Assembly (NCBI GenBank): GCA_015680685.1
Contig: MNCI01001300.1
Location: 12,155-76,154, forward strand
Source: Gnetum montanum
Taxonomy: Eukaryota > Plantae > Gnetophyta
DNA length: 64,000 nt
Direction of reading: 5' to 3'
Every line of letters begins with the position of its first letter. Positions within the stretch are counted from its first letter, which is position 1. A model generated the notes under the pieces. It was not told where the DNA came from. It made no database searches and worked only from the letters and a program-made list of their open reading frames with translations. Below, piece after piece: positions 25,033 to 38,878 of the stretch. Made by a program: the position numbers and the translations under genes.

Positions 25033-28000
25033 TTGTTCATGACCAAACAAACTAATAATTTGGAAGATTTCAAAGTTTCCAAAGAGATTCTTAATTATAA
25101 GACTGATTATTCATCAAAAGAAGAACATAAGGTTTTTGAATTTGGAACAAGTAGTGGAGTAAAGACTAAAAGGATAAGAAGATCACCCCTTATGTCTGGT
25201 TTATTAGTCTATAAGAGAAGGTCAAAGAAGTATAAGAGTTCATCAATCAAAAGGAATTCTAATAGGACAGCAAATCCTTGGCAAACAATTAAACCTTTAG
25301 GTTTTCAAAATTACAATGATATTCTTAAGGTAGTTTACAAATATTTGCCAAAACCTTTTATTCTTGGAAAAGCTTACTTAGCTAAAGAGTATATTCACCT
25401 ATTTGAGTTAGCTTTAGCTCATACAAATATTCAACATCAAGAGCAAGCTTGTAGGTTGTTTATAGCAAATTTAAAAGATATGGCTCAAATTTGGTATTCA
25501 AACTTTCCAAGCAATAGTATTACAAGTTGGGATGATATGAAAAATATTTTCTTGGCCTAGTTTGGCAACCAATTAGATCCATAACAACTATACTATGAGC
25601 TAGTAAAAGCTAAGCCAATAGTTAAAGAGTCAATTAGAGATTTCAATATTAAGATTCAATGAATTTGTGGACTCTTTAAAAGATAGTATAGACCACCAAA
25701 CGAAATGCTTAGAGTACTTATCTTAAGACTATGAATCCCAATATTTCAATTTGGTTAAGTAGAACTCCAAACTCACTAACACTGAATTACTAATTTAGTG
25801 AGGCTATAAAATTAGAAAAATGGTTGAACTTGAACAATGAAGAAATTACCACAACTAAAAAAAGAGAAGAGAAAGTGATGGTTCTTGTACAAGATTTTGC
25901 TCAACTTAAAGCATTACCAGGTCCATCTGGTATTAAGAGAAAGGTCAAGTCTCAAAGCAAAGAATCTAAAAAAAGGATAATTCATGAGAGATTTTTCCAA
26001 CAAGGTAGTGAAGCAAGAAAAAGATTTGGCAAAAGTTAAAATCAAGGAAGAAAAGAAAAATAGGAAACATAAGCATCAAGATACTAAGTTAGTGAAAGAT
26101 GAGGATGAAAGTGATCTTGTTATGTCTAATTTCCTTTACATTGAATAAGATAATGAGCTATCAAGTGTTCATTACACAAGATAATCTTCAAATAATGGAT
26201 CTAGTGATTCTTCTTCTCTATCGAGTTCTAAAGAAGATATATCCTCAGATGAAGAGTCTAATAAAAATGAAGAAAATGGATATAATCTACGATCAAAGAA
26301 AAGATTAACTACTTCTAGGCTTCCAAACATCATTTCTAATTCATCTAATAAGAGAAAGGTGTTTGAACCAAGTAGAAGAGATAAAAATAAAAGTAAAGAA
26401 GATCAAGTAGAACAAAGTACTCAAAATCAAGCTTTTAATAAATGGATGAAGAAACTAGGCTTTTATGGAGATGGAGAATATAATTTGATTAAAGATCTTA
26501 TACATGTCAGGGAAAATATTAGCATATATCAATTACTACAAATTGGAGATCAATAAAGAAAAACTTTAGAGTTTATTAAAGGTAAAAGAAGAGTTGAAGA
26601 ATCAGAATTAAGCTATGTGTCCAACAATGATGAGAAAACAAAAACTAGCTATGATTGTACTCCTAACAAGGAAGCTCCTCCTTTTCTTTTGACAATGAAG
26701 TTAAAGGACAAGTATCTTCACCATTGTTTAATTGATTCTGGAGCTACATCTACTATTATGTCATTTTCTATATGCAAAAAACTTGGTTTGATTCCTGAAA
26801 AATCAAATAAAAAGATTGTTCAAGTGGACAAAAGTAGAGTAAAGATTTTGGGTCAAATATCCAATATTCTATTAGAAATCACTTCTAAACCCTATATCAA
26901 GAGTAGAATAACTATTCAAGTAGCAAATATACCAGATTCACATAGTCTCTATTAAGTAGAAGTTAGAGTAAGAATTTCCTAGGTTATATATCAATGGATT
27001 ATTCACATATGCGGCTACCTTAGAAAGGGGAACCAAATCAAATTTACATATATAGTGAACTATTAATGGTTTAAAAAATTACTTCAAATGGAAAGAACAA
27101 GGCCATTGAAACAACAGCTTTGAAACCAAAATTTGCACACTTCAAGAAGTTTATAACTTACAAAAAGAAGAATCTCAAGAAGAGAGCAAATGGGAACTAT
27201 ACTTTGATTCTTCTTATAACTCAAAAGGAGCATGAGTTGGGATAGTATTCGTGAAAGATGATTCCTCACAAATGTTCATGGCAATTCATCTATCTTTCCC
27301 TTGTACTAACAACAAGGATTAGTATGAAGCTTTGTGCATGGGAATTAAAATGGCAATAGAAAAATGAATTAAGGTAATCATCATAAAGGGTGACTCAACA
27401 TTATTTTGTGAACAAATTAAAGATAATTGTGTAGTAAAGAGTTCATTCTTGTGATCCTATAAACAATTCATCTACAAAATGCTAAATCAATTTCATCACT
27501 ACCAAATAGAACATATAGGTAGATAAGATAATTTTCTAGCAAATGACTTAGAAAAAGTAGCTTCTTCACTAGATGTGAGAAGGATAGAAAGTTATGAAGG
27601 TGTAATGATCGAGAATGAACATCAACCATCAATACTAGATAACATAAATCAATTACAAGTATTTAAAGATGATGATCAATTTATTAAGAAACAAACAAGA
27701 ATTTAAAGGTCAAATCATACCTGAAATAGTATCAAGGTTTACGACAAATTCCATTCCAAAAAAAAGTGATTGATTATAAACATGAGTTCAACAAAAAATT
27801 TCTCACAAGAAAAGATGTACAAAATCTAGATGATCAAGCTTATGAAGCAGTGAATTTCAGATCTACTAAAATGCCAAAGATGTTAAATGTCACAAAGGAA
27901 AAAGATTTAACTTTCAAGCAAAATTTGCTAGTACTCCTGAAAAATAATTTGGAAAATTCTGCTTGGTCTTATGATGATCTTAAAACTTTTCGACTACATG

Positions 28001-30448
28001 TGATGACACATAAAATTCCTTTGATAGATGGTTGTAAGACAATGAAGCAAAAATAAAGGAAACTTAATCTATCATTTGAGCCAGCTATGGAAGCTAAAAT
28101 CAAGAAGTTATTACAAGCCCAAATGATATATCCAATCTGATACTCGACATGTCTTGCTAATCTTGTTCCAATAAGAAAGAAAAATGGCAATATGAAACTT
28201 TGTGTAGATTTCAAGAATTCGAATAAAACCTTGAAAAAGATAAATACCCACTTCCTAGAATTAATGAGATGTTGATTAAAGTATCAACTTGTCAAGTATA
28301 TTCTTTCTTAGATGGTTTTTCTAGCTATAATCAAATTATGGTAGATAAATATGATAAATATAAAACAACATTCATCACCAAATGGGGAATTTTTTCTTAC
28401 CAAAGAATGTCATTTGGATTGTCAAATGCTAGAGCTACTTTTCAAAAAGCAATGGATTTAGCCTTTAAAGGTTTGATAGGTGAATTTGTTGTTGTTTATT
28501 TAGATGATATCACTATCTTTTCAAAAAGGAACGAAGATCATATTGATCATCTTCAACAAGTTTATGGCAGATGTCGTGAGGATGGTATTTCATTAAATCT
28601 AAAGAAATGTATCTTTGGGATTAAATCTAGAAGTTTACCAGGTCACATGATCTATCAAGAAGGAATTGCTATTGATAACTCTTGAATTCAAGTAGTATAG
28701 GGTATAGAGCATCCTACAAGTAAAAATTCTCTTAGATCTTTCTTTGAACAAATAAATTTCATTCAAAAATTTATCCCTAGATTCACTGAAATTACTAAAC
28801 CTCATATGCATATGCTAAAGAAATATGTCCTAGTAGAAAAAACACCAAAATCAAAGAAAGCTTTATTAAAAATTAAGAAATCCATTCAAGAAGCTCCTTA
28901 CTTGGTAAAACCAAAATTAAAACAAGACTTCTAGTTATATGCTTTTACTTCAAATGACTCAATTATTATCATTTTAACTCAAAAAAGATGAAGGTCAAGA
29001 TGAATGGATTAGATTTTTTGGATATTAATTGAAAGGTTCAGAGCTTACTTATTCAAATTTGGAGAAATAGGCATTTGCAATTATTAGTATTATTTGTAAA
29101 GCTCATTAGTTTACATTATGCTAATAGAGCCTACGGTTAAAAAATTCTTAGCTCAAAATGAATTTGAATTGAAAAGAGGAAAGTAGCTCATAAAGCTTCA
29201 AGGTTTCAGATTTTCATTAGAAATATGCAAACCCATTAAAGAAATGGGATTAGCCAAGTTAATGGCTAAAGAAAAAGAAATATTTGTATTAAAGTCTCAT
29301 GAAGGAAATTGGTATGATGAGATTCTAAAATTCCTTAGCACATAAAAGGTTTCCAATAATTTAACTACAAGTCAAAGGAGAGCTTTCTTCAAAAGAGAAA
29401 ATAAATTTATGGTTAAAGATGGAATTTTATACCCTAAGGATTTTAGAGGGGTTTTGTTGGAATGTGTTCACAATGATCAAATTGGTCATATCTTTGAATA
29501 ATTTCATGATCATTGTAATTTATATTATAAATCTCCTAAGTCCACTATGCAACACATACTTCATTATGATTTTTATTAGCCTACTATGTACCAAGATATT
29601 AGTTTAAAAATTCAAAGATGTTATAAATGTCAAATTCATGGGCTGAAAATCAAAAAGGCTAGAGCTCCTTTAAAATCAGTAATTCCAAATAGACCATTTC
29701 AATAATGGGGCTTAGATTTTATTGGTACAATTACTCCATCGAGAGCAAGATATAAATTTATTCTTACAGCTACCAATTACTTTACAAAATGGTTTGAAGC
29801 AAAGGCTCTAAGAAAAAGGTCAGCATTAGATGTGATTAAGTTCTTGGAAGATTAGATCCTAAGTCATTTTGATCTACCTTAAGTGTTGCTACCTAATAAT
29901 GGACCTATTTTTCAATATGAAGAATTTATAACATGGGCATTGGAAAAATCCATCTTTCTATTTTCTTCTATAAATCATTATGCTTAAAGGAAATGGCTTA
30001 GCTGAATCTATTCTACATTAAGAAGTCAATGGATGGAAATCCAGGAACTTGGATTGATTATTTGCAATTTGCATTATGGATTGATCGTATCAAATTTAAG
30101 AAGGCTATTGGAACATCAACTTATAATTTAGTTTATGATTTACCTGCTAGAATTACGTACAAGATTATAAGTTTAGCCTTAAATTTTGTGTAGAAGTATA
30201 GCAGGAAAACTGATAAAGACAGAAGTTTCATGAACTTGCTCATCAAAAGAGAAGCTAAAATGGATAAAGTTAAAGAAAATTTATTAAATAATTCTTCTCA
30301 AGTCAAAAGGTGGTTTGATTGGAAGGCTTTGGAAAGGACTTTCAAAATCAGTGATCTTATATTATTATGGAATATCAAAAAGCCAAATAAGTTTCTAGTA
30401 ATATGGACTCGTCCATTTCATATCAAGAATACAAGTTATCGATGCTAA
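25033..30448 (+). pseudogene. gag-pol remnant of B
   Basis: gag 'RLFIANLKDMAQIWYSNFPSNSITSWDDM', PR 'LIDSGA' (~26730), aRH 'YEALCMGI...IKGDST' (~27320-27400), RT 'SFGLSNARATFQ...YLDDI' (28269-28685), INT 'WGLDFIG' (~29705). Confidence 0.95.
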
Positions 30449-31138
30449 ATGTGATAGAATTGTAGTTTCCATATAATGTTTTTTATATAAAAAATTATTT
30501 TGGACAATTGCCCACAACTTGAATCTATATGTATAAATAAATATATATGTGTATATAGTATAGTAATATATATATTTGTAGGTAATTATATAACATTTAA
30601 TATACATAGTAGTAAATAATAAGCTTTTATATATAGACTTAATATTTATAGTAGTAACATATTTAACAAATAGTATGGACCTATGTCATATTTAACCTTA
30701 ACATATATATCCTATACCTATGTTTACATGAGTTTTTATAATTTAAAAAAAAAAGAAAAAAACATGTATATGTTAACGTATTAGTTTAATAATATTTAAA
30801 TCATTAAAGTATATGTTAAAGTATTATTTTTATAATTTAAAGTGTTAGTTAAATTATTTAATTTATATTATCTCAAGTAATCATTACTTGTCATGTGTAT
30901 AAGGGGGAGTGATGATTAGATAATGACTTGATGGTGAATTAATTTCAACAACCAAGTAGTGGAATTCAAATTGGCCTACTTTTAATGATGGAAAGATAAT
31001 TAATTTTGGCAAAGTGGAAAATTTGGTTAGTTAAATTGGTGGGAACTTTATTTACACTATAAAAAGAAAGGTGGATTTCTTAGAATTGCATCATCTCTTA
31101 ATTTAAGACTTAATTGGTAGTAAGTGAACCATTTGACT

Positions 31139-31639
31139 ATGAGGAAGAAGATGGTTCTTGGAGAAACAATAATAAGAAGGCCATTTATCCCATATGCCAT
31201 GGGATGTTGTCCAGAACATGTGTTGAGCACCTATTTTAAGGCAACTACTTATAGAGCATCAAGTGAAAGCCCTTTCCCACTTTGGCTTTCAGATGAGTTT
31301 AGATTTCTCACTAGTGAACTTTCCATACAATCTAATGTCTAGGGTAACTTCCATGAATGTACCATTGAAGATGATTCTTAGGGAGAGGATTTTGTGTCCC
31401 AAGACACAGAAGCATCTACTTGGGGAGAACCTCAAAAATTAGTAGCTAAAGATATTGATGCAAAGGAGACAAAAATAGTTGTTGAAGACAAGGTTAAAGA
31501 GAATCAAGTTGAGGCTTCAACTAAGTAAGAAGAGGAAAGAAAAGGATTCATCACAATGGAGATAATCTATGAAAAGACTCTCAATATGAGAATCCCTAAG
31601 ATAGTTACTCTAACTATTCTCATTCCATCCACAGAATAG
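31139..31639 (+). pseudogene. Extra 3' ORF of B (unknown, acidic C-half)
   Basis: A single frame from ORF 31124-31342 continues through three TAG/TAA stops to 31639. TATA-like ctataaaaag near 31057. Confidence 0.55.
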
Positions 31640-31815
31640 TTTGCGTAAAAATCTGTCTATATAGTTTCCTAAGTTTTATTAAGAATGAGGTTTTTATTTC
31701 ATCAAAAATTAAGTTTGGTGAAAGTTTTCCTCAAAAAAGATTTTTATTTTCATGTATAAAGGTTTCTAATAAAGTTTATGTTTCTTAGCTAATGTGCAAA
31801 GAGTGGGCTAAGAAA

Positions 31816-34709
31816 GTTTTTCACATTATACCATTCTATGCAACAACAATTCAAGAGAAGAAAGATAAAATAAAAAATGTGGCATGGAAATATACACAAA
31901 AGAAGTAAATCATTATTTTTGCATAAATTTATATTTGTAAGATGTGATGAAGTCAAATATAAGTGGATAATGCCCACATCATGAATACTAAACTATGATA
32001 TTGATAAAACCAAAGGAAGAAAGAGCACTAAGGAAGAAATGGTTAACATTAGTGTGATGGTAGAAATCTAAGAATACATCCTCCTAATGAAGAAAAATAA
32101 TTTATATGGTAAAATGCATAGTAATCTATGGGTGTATTATTTCAAAGGTTAATAGTGAAGTCAACGACCTATAGCATTTGCATCATTACGATTTGAGTAA
32201 CCAAAAGTTTTGAGATTAACCACGGCACACACTAATATAGTGTTTGTTTTTGTTAATTCAAAATTAAACTAGGGCATTATTGAAAGTATTGTTCCTACCA
32301 ATAAGAAAAATAATGTATAGTAGAGATGAGGTAGAGATTAACCAAATAGGATACAACATCAAAATCTCCATAAGAAGCAGAGGATAAGTTTTAGAAATGT
32401 CCATTAATATTCTCATCTAAGATTAAACGAATTGAGTTAACAATTAAATTCTTTCACAAATAAAATGTCATCAAAAATAGAGAGCCCTGCAATGCATTCC
32501 AAATTCCTGGTAATATTATGTCAAAAAAATAATAAAATCCTAATGGCATCATCATGGAGGCCCTACCTCATGGGCATGGCTCATTTAACACACAATGGTG
32601 CAAAGTATGTCTCAAACAACAAACGTGATGCCATGATCCATCAAAATAATGGTAGTCTTTGACACCCTGATCACCACACGAGCATTGCCATTAGCATCCT
32701 TCTCCTCCCACACAACACATGCAGCATCAAAGAAAGAAATTCTCTTAGAACTAGAGCCCTAAGCCATGTTTTTTCCTTTGACACTACAGCAACTACAACC
32801 AGAACAACGACTAAGTCAAATCTAGAGAGATTCATTAAAAATAGTGAGGAACGAAGGGTACATGCATGCAAACTAGGTAGTCAATGGTAGGATGCATGCA
32901 AATGACAAGTGCAGCAACAAGGCTATGAATGGCCACATGTGACAATTTGATAAAATAGTGGTGTTATCAATAGCACCAAAATGGAAACTACATCAACCTT
33001 GCCATCACCACTCTTTCTTGCGATGATAAAAGAAGACTCCATGGCATCTAGCAACAACAGCGATAATCCAAAATTAAAGGCACAGGAGGTGGTGTGAGTT
33101 AGAAAGGATTCTGACAATATTCATAGGAATACATCAGTAGTTTGAATTTTAAAAATATATGTACCATCCAATTTTTGGTATATAACATGGCTACAGCATC
33201 CTTAATTTTGATAAAATTATTAAACTTATTATTTTACTTTAACATTCACATTTTAAAAGGGTATATTTTAAAGAGGTTTACTGAAAATTGGTATAATATA
33301 CTATAGAAAAAGGACATTTGGCTATATTTCTATGGAAGTTGTAACTTCCTATGTTGCTTACAACTAAAAAATCCATGATATTTTAGCTTTCCTTTATTAA
33401 GAAAACACTTGCCAACCATGGAATATATTTCTCAAATTTATCATAACTTCTATGGAAGTTATAACTTCCTAGGGTGGTTAATAATTAATCCCCTAAATAG
33501 TTGTAACCCACCTCAATCTTTCATGATAATTGTAACTACCCGTAGGCTACTATAAATAGAGCTTCAAGGGTAGAATGTAAAAGAGCGGGGATAAAAAAAG
33601 GAAGATTTGAAAAATGACATTTGAAGATTACTTGTAAGATGGCTTGCAAAGACATCAATTCGGCTGCTTTGTTTCAATCCTATGAGTTCATTTCTTCTCA
33701 TTTTTGTTTTAGTTGCTTAGCTAATGGTTTAAATAGCATCATGTTTAGCATTTAAATTTTGGATTTATCCTAGATTTCTTTTATAACTCTATTTTTGTGC
33801 AATATTAGAATTCTATTAGATTAGTTGTAGAAGAGCTCATGTTGTTGAAAGCCTCAAGAGCAATTTAATAGTAATGTCTTAACAAAATTTCCTATTTTAA
33901 GCATAGAGAACCTAGAAAAATCTTTGGTATTTTGATGGAACTAAAATAACTTCTTTATCTTTAAAGTGTATTGCCTTGGTATTTCAATCAAGAGATTATC
34001 AATTTTTTTGAAAGCTTTGTTGAATGAAATCTATGAAAACTATTAACTAGCCGAAATAGAGACTCATACTTTGTAGTTTATGTAGTGCTTTTTGGTAGTA
34101 TAATAAGATTTTCTTTTGTGAAATTTCTTGTTGAGCTTAGAAGGTTTGGACAAGTCATAGTTATTGAATTAGGAATATCTTTATTATAAAGTGTTTTCTC
34201 ATATCAAGTTTATCTTGCTTAAATATTTGAGATTTCATGCAATTCTACTTTCTTTTCTTTCTCTTTCTAACTCTATTGAATCTTGCTCTATTTCTAGTTT
34301 TCTTGTGGAACTTTTTCTCTGGGGAAAATTAGGAGTAAATTGGTAAAATTGTGCTCAAATGTGTTTGTAAAATTTTATTTGTTACAAGTGGGTATTATAG
34401 GAACCATAAAGACTAAGTGATTGAACAAAATAGGAATCTTCAACAAATCATAATATTTGACAAAGTTAGCTAAATCTTCTTTATGATAGCTTTTTACCAT
34501 TTTATTTACAATCGAACCATTTCAGCATTCACAACAGTAAACACATACTCACAACTACTAAGTCTATTTGGAGGTATCTAGGCCTTGGTGTTGCTAGAGA
34601 CCAATAAGCACCTAAACCCTATTTGAAGAAAACCTTCACTCTCGTCTCCTCAAAGGTCATGAGACCCTGAGGCACCCTAAACATTAGCAGTCCCAAACGT
34701 TCATCAACA
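31816..34709 (+). repeat. 3' LTR of B
   Basis: Direct repeat of 22026-24913, preceded by a purine-rich tract. Ends tcatcaaca|agtag. Confidence 0.95.
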
Positions 34710-37700
34710 AGTAGATGTTTCTTTTTGAAACTCCACTTCAGATTCTTGTTCCATGTTAACATTATTGACTAGCAAGGGAACTACACCATCTTGGTAGATT
34801 ATGATTTCAACTCCCTCCTAGGGTAGATAAATTTCATGATGGATAGGGAATGAGACCACTCTTAGTTTAGCTAACCAGGGCTTTACTAGGATTACATTGA
34901 ACCCCAATGTTTCCTTTACCACTAAGAAATTGGTAGATGTGGGGAATTTCTCCCCAACAATGAAGTCTAAAAGGATCAATCCTCTTACCACTACTTGTGA
35001 TCTATTGAAGGATTTGAGAGTAGAAGTGGAAGTCTTTGTACATGTTCTACCAAGCCTAGATGCTAAAAAATGATATAGGATATAACATTCATAGCCACTC
35101 CATCATCAACATGTGCCCAATGTACTTTGCATTGCCCAACTCTATTAGTTATAAAGAGAGGAGCCCTCATTATCTCATCATCTTGTGAATTAGTCTTTAC
35201 CTCACTGTCATGAAACACCGAGGTAGTTGACTTCATTTATTCTCTAAGTAAAGATGGAACCATTACTACATGAATGGATTCTTCATTGGCAGGAATGTCC
35301 TCACTAATAAGAATAGAGAGCAACATCTTAACTAAGGCTTTGAGATGAGCAGAGGAGGTCATCACTAGGTCGTATAGGCTAAAAAAGGTTTTTTTTTCTT
35401 TGAGTGAAAGCTTCACTTATTCTATGGTAGTGAGGAAGTCTTTGTCATTGTTTGATGTTTTTTCATTGATATTTCCTTTAACTTCCTCCATTTGATAAAA
35501 TATATTTACCTCATACTTTAACCTTTATGGCTTGGATCCCTTCCCTTTTTCTTTTTGTTTACTATCCTCCCTAGGGTAACTCATTAAAGTAGTTTGAGCA
35601 TTGGAGCTCATAAGGATGACTAAAATAGGTGTAGGCTTTGGTGGCCTAGTTCTTCCACACCTTTGTTTGTTTATTATCTTTGGCCATAGGTTTGGAGACA
35701 AGATTCTTGCATTGTTTTGTTGGTGACTTTTTGTTATTTAGTTGTGGAGAGGTTGTTACATTAGCCACCATGGGAGGACATTGGTTAACCTAGATTATAG
35801 GCTTAGCAGTAGTGGGAGGGGACACTCTAATGATGAATGGTTCTTTGGAAGGTACAAGTGATGATATCCTTATGAAAAAATAAGTTTTTTAACATGATCA
35901 AGTTGAAGAACCTCTTTCATCATGAGGAGGTACCTAAATCATAAGGAGCATCCTAGCAAGTTGACAATTATTGCTGATGTTGAAAACTACTATTGTATAG
36001 GGACTATTATTAGCATTTAATGAATCTTTTTATACCTACATGTATTAGTTCTGAGGCCTAACTATATTTGATACATCTAGCACCAATTTTCCATTATCTA
36101 TCATTTTTCCTAAATCATCCTTTAACACCAAGCAAAAATCTATGCCATGACCAAGAAGCTGGAGGTAATGGAGGAATTAGTCTAGTTTGAAGTATTTGGA
36201 CACAAGTGGATCATCATTGGCTAAAAAAGTGGGATCTTTAGTGATTTCACACAAATGGCCATGCCTCTTATGAGCTATTTTGGTCATCTATTTGTATTGA
36301 ATACAATCACTTTTGAGCAACTAGTCAAGAAGCTTAGATGATTTCAAGGGAAATTTCATATATTTGGACCGATCCTTTCTCTTAAAGTTAGGCATAAATT
36401 GGTTATATGTAGAGGCACCCAATATTGAAGGTTGAGTAGTTGTAGTAGGGGCCTTTGGTTGATTTATCTTTATCCCTTGCATGGTTTTTGTTTCTTTGGC
36501 CATAATGGCCATGGCTACATGGTTTTGTTTCCCTTTATCTCTATTCTTTCTCATGTGTTGATTCTTGTATGTTATGTAGGTAGGGTCACCACTAGCTTCA
36601 ATGGAATCATCTATATTTTTTGCTCAAGAAAAGGCTTGGCTAAGGGACCTTCGATCTAGGTCATATAATTTGGACTTGATAAAGTCATAACTACCCCCTT
36701 GAAGATGACCAAAGGATGTGTCTCAATAATGGATTCAGGAATATCATTAAGGAGAGCATTCCATCATTATATGAACTTCTATACAAGTTCGAGGGGCCCC
36801 TATTTAACTTTCACCAATTGATCAAGTGTTCTATCAAGTTTAAAGTTATATTTAAAATAGTTAACAAACTATGAGATCAAGTACTCTAGGAAGGTAATGG
36901 AACTTCTAGGTAATGCATTGTACCAATCCAAGGCTTTCCTAATGAGGGACATACGAAAGACTCACATAACAATGTGAGGTCAAGCTTACAACAATAAGCA
37001 CTCGAAGTGGAAGATAATAAGGTGTGAGTTAAAATCACCCTTGTCATTGTACTTGATGAATTGGGAAATGGAAATGCCAGCAAGAAGAGTTGTCTACAGC
37101 ACAGTGGGGCAAATGGGGTTGTCTTCATATAAGACCATTATCTTCACTATTTGAGTAGTGCTAGCTTTGGGCTTCTACAACTCTTTAGTGAGGTATTGGA
37201 TTATCTAGAAGGCTTGATCCAGGCCTTGAGGCATTCCCATGGGTTGCGATGTTTGTATAGATGGTTGTGAAGAGAGTTGAGAGTCCTAGGGCCACACAAT
37301 TGGCATGGGTATTGAGGGAAGGGGCTGGGTGATTACTGTAGCAAGAAAGTTAAATAACAAAAATGAAGTTTTAGTTAGAAGATGGAGCACAACAAGGATG
37401 AAGGAAGTGTGATAAGCTTACATAGCTTGGGGCTTCAAAGAGGATCCCACTGGTATGATGAAGGCATGTAACATTGTAAACACCATTGGGGCTAGACAAA
37501 TAGAGTGAGGTTGCATGGTGAAGGGCATTGATGAGAAAAATGATGCAAAGTGAGATACACTTTGAGGTTGGTGTGCAGCAATTACAAAGGCAAGGTTGAA
37601 CATGATGGAATACATAGGAAACTAAGGCACCTAACTCATAGAAGATGCTAAGGGTATCAAGCTAAGGATGGTTGTTTGGGAAGTAGACTATTGGAAGAGG

Positions 37701-37900
37701 TTTTTGATGAAATTGTATGCTCTTGTTCTATCTCAAACTTTTCTTATTCTTCTTAGTCTTACTATGACTTAAATCCCTCACTTAGCTCATCTATGTCCAC
37801 AAGCTATGCTAGCATGTGTGTATGGAACTCTGTTAACTTTATTTGATCATATGGAAAAGGGATGTACTCCTTCCCATATTAGTGGATTATCTCAAACTTA
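34710..37900 (-). pseudogene. gag + protease remnant of A
   Basis: gag 'FKYNFKLDRTLDQLVKVK' (~36810-36860), Tat/Ogre-type 'LHYLQLLGHGIDFCLVLKDDLGKMIDNGKL' (~36085-36175), PR 'APLFITNRVG..VDDG...NVILVKPWL' (~34870-35165). 5' limit approximate. Confidence 0.85.
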
Positions 37901-37983
37901 CATTTGAATTTAAATTCCATACACAGGATGAGAAGGCCTACCTGGATCTTAACACATATGAAGTTGTACTATTCTTCATCTAT

Positions 37984-38030
37984 TGATGAGACGCGGTTTA
38001 CACTAGGCCGCGATATTGCGGCCGACGCGN
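37984..38030 (+). mobile_element. Truncated 5' end of a TGATGAG-family LTR at a contig join
   Basis: tgatgagacgcgg...gcgatattgcggccgacgcg followed by a single n. Confidence 0.75.
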
Positions 38031-38553
38031 ATTAAACTAAGTGATAGGCTAAAAGGCTTAGAACATGAACTGTTCAATGTATGCGACTACTAAGTCTGTG
38101 AGAGTCTCAACATATGGAGTATCTTAGCCTTAACCACTACAAAGTAGAAATTCCTATTTAAAATTTATTAAAGATAAATGACTGAGTAATAATAAAATGT
38201 GATGGTGGAAGAAAGGATTTTTGCATAGGCTACAACTACAAGGGCAATGCAGCTGGCTCTAGCAACATTGTGCACTGCACTAGAAGAAAATTAATTCTTA
38301 AATTTTCAAAATGTAGGAAATGGTAGAAATGCTACAAATTTTAGCTAGAGAATGTAATGTAAAAATTTTTGAAATAGATTGTTGGCTACACGTTGAGTAC
38401 TGGTGACCACCCAACCAAAGTTTATAGTGCAATTTACATGTTAAATTCTAGGAAAACTTAAAAACAAAATTTTTGCAAATTTAAAAGCTAAAAGCCTTTG
38501 TGCATATCCAAAACCTTATTTTGGCAAAGTTAAAAGTATAGGTTTGTGGATGT

Positions 38554-38830
38554 TGTATGCTGGATTTTAGAAAATCCAACACTTGATAGAAAAGTAAAAA
38601 TGACTAGAATTATTGTAGGTTATATGTTGGGCTTTAGGAAATCCCAGCACTTGATGGACAAGTTATAATAAATCAAAACTAGTTTTAGGCAACATGCTAG
38701 GCTTCAATAAAGCACAACACTATTTAAAATTAGAATAAAGCCCAAATAGGTTACAGGCACAACACTATTTTTGGTAACTCCCCAAAATAATTTTTTTTGG
38801 TTGTAGGTTCAAAAGCTAAAGCCAACACTA
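38554..38830. repeat. Three to four ~69-bp-spaced stem-loop repeats in A's leader
   Basis: tgctggattttagaaaatccaacac, tgttgggctttaggaaatcccagcac and tgctaggcttcaataaagcacaacac. Confidence 0.65.
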
Positions 38831-38878
38831 ATAGAAAAATGTTTGCAATAGATTTTTTGTGAAGAAGTTAAGTAGAGG

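Larger units (their letters stand above)
22026..34709 (+). mobile_element. Element B: full-length Ty3/Gypsy Tat-type LTR retrotransposon (gag-PR-aRH-RT-RH-INT + 3' extra ORF)
   Basis: Two ~2.9-kb LTRs, TG..CA outer ends, perfect TSD AGTAG (22021-22025, 34710-34714), PBS and domain motifs. Confidence 0.96.

Noticed and set aside
30480-30890. TA-rich stretch as a possible MITE or replication element
   Set aside because: No TIR or TSD; ordinary low-complexity 3' UTR of element B.
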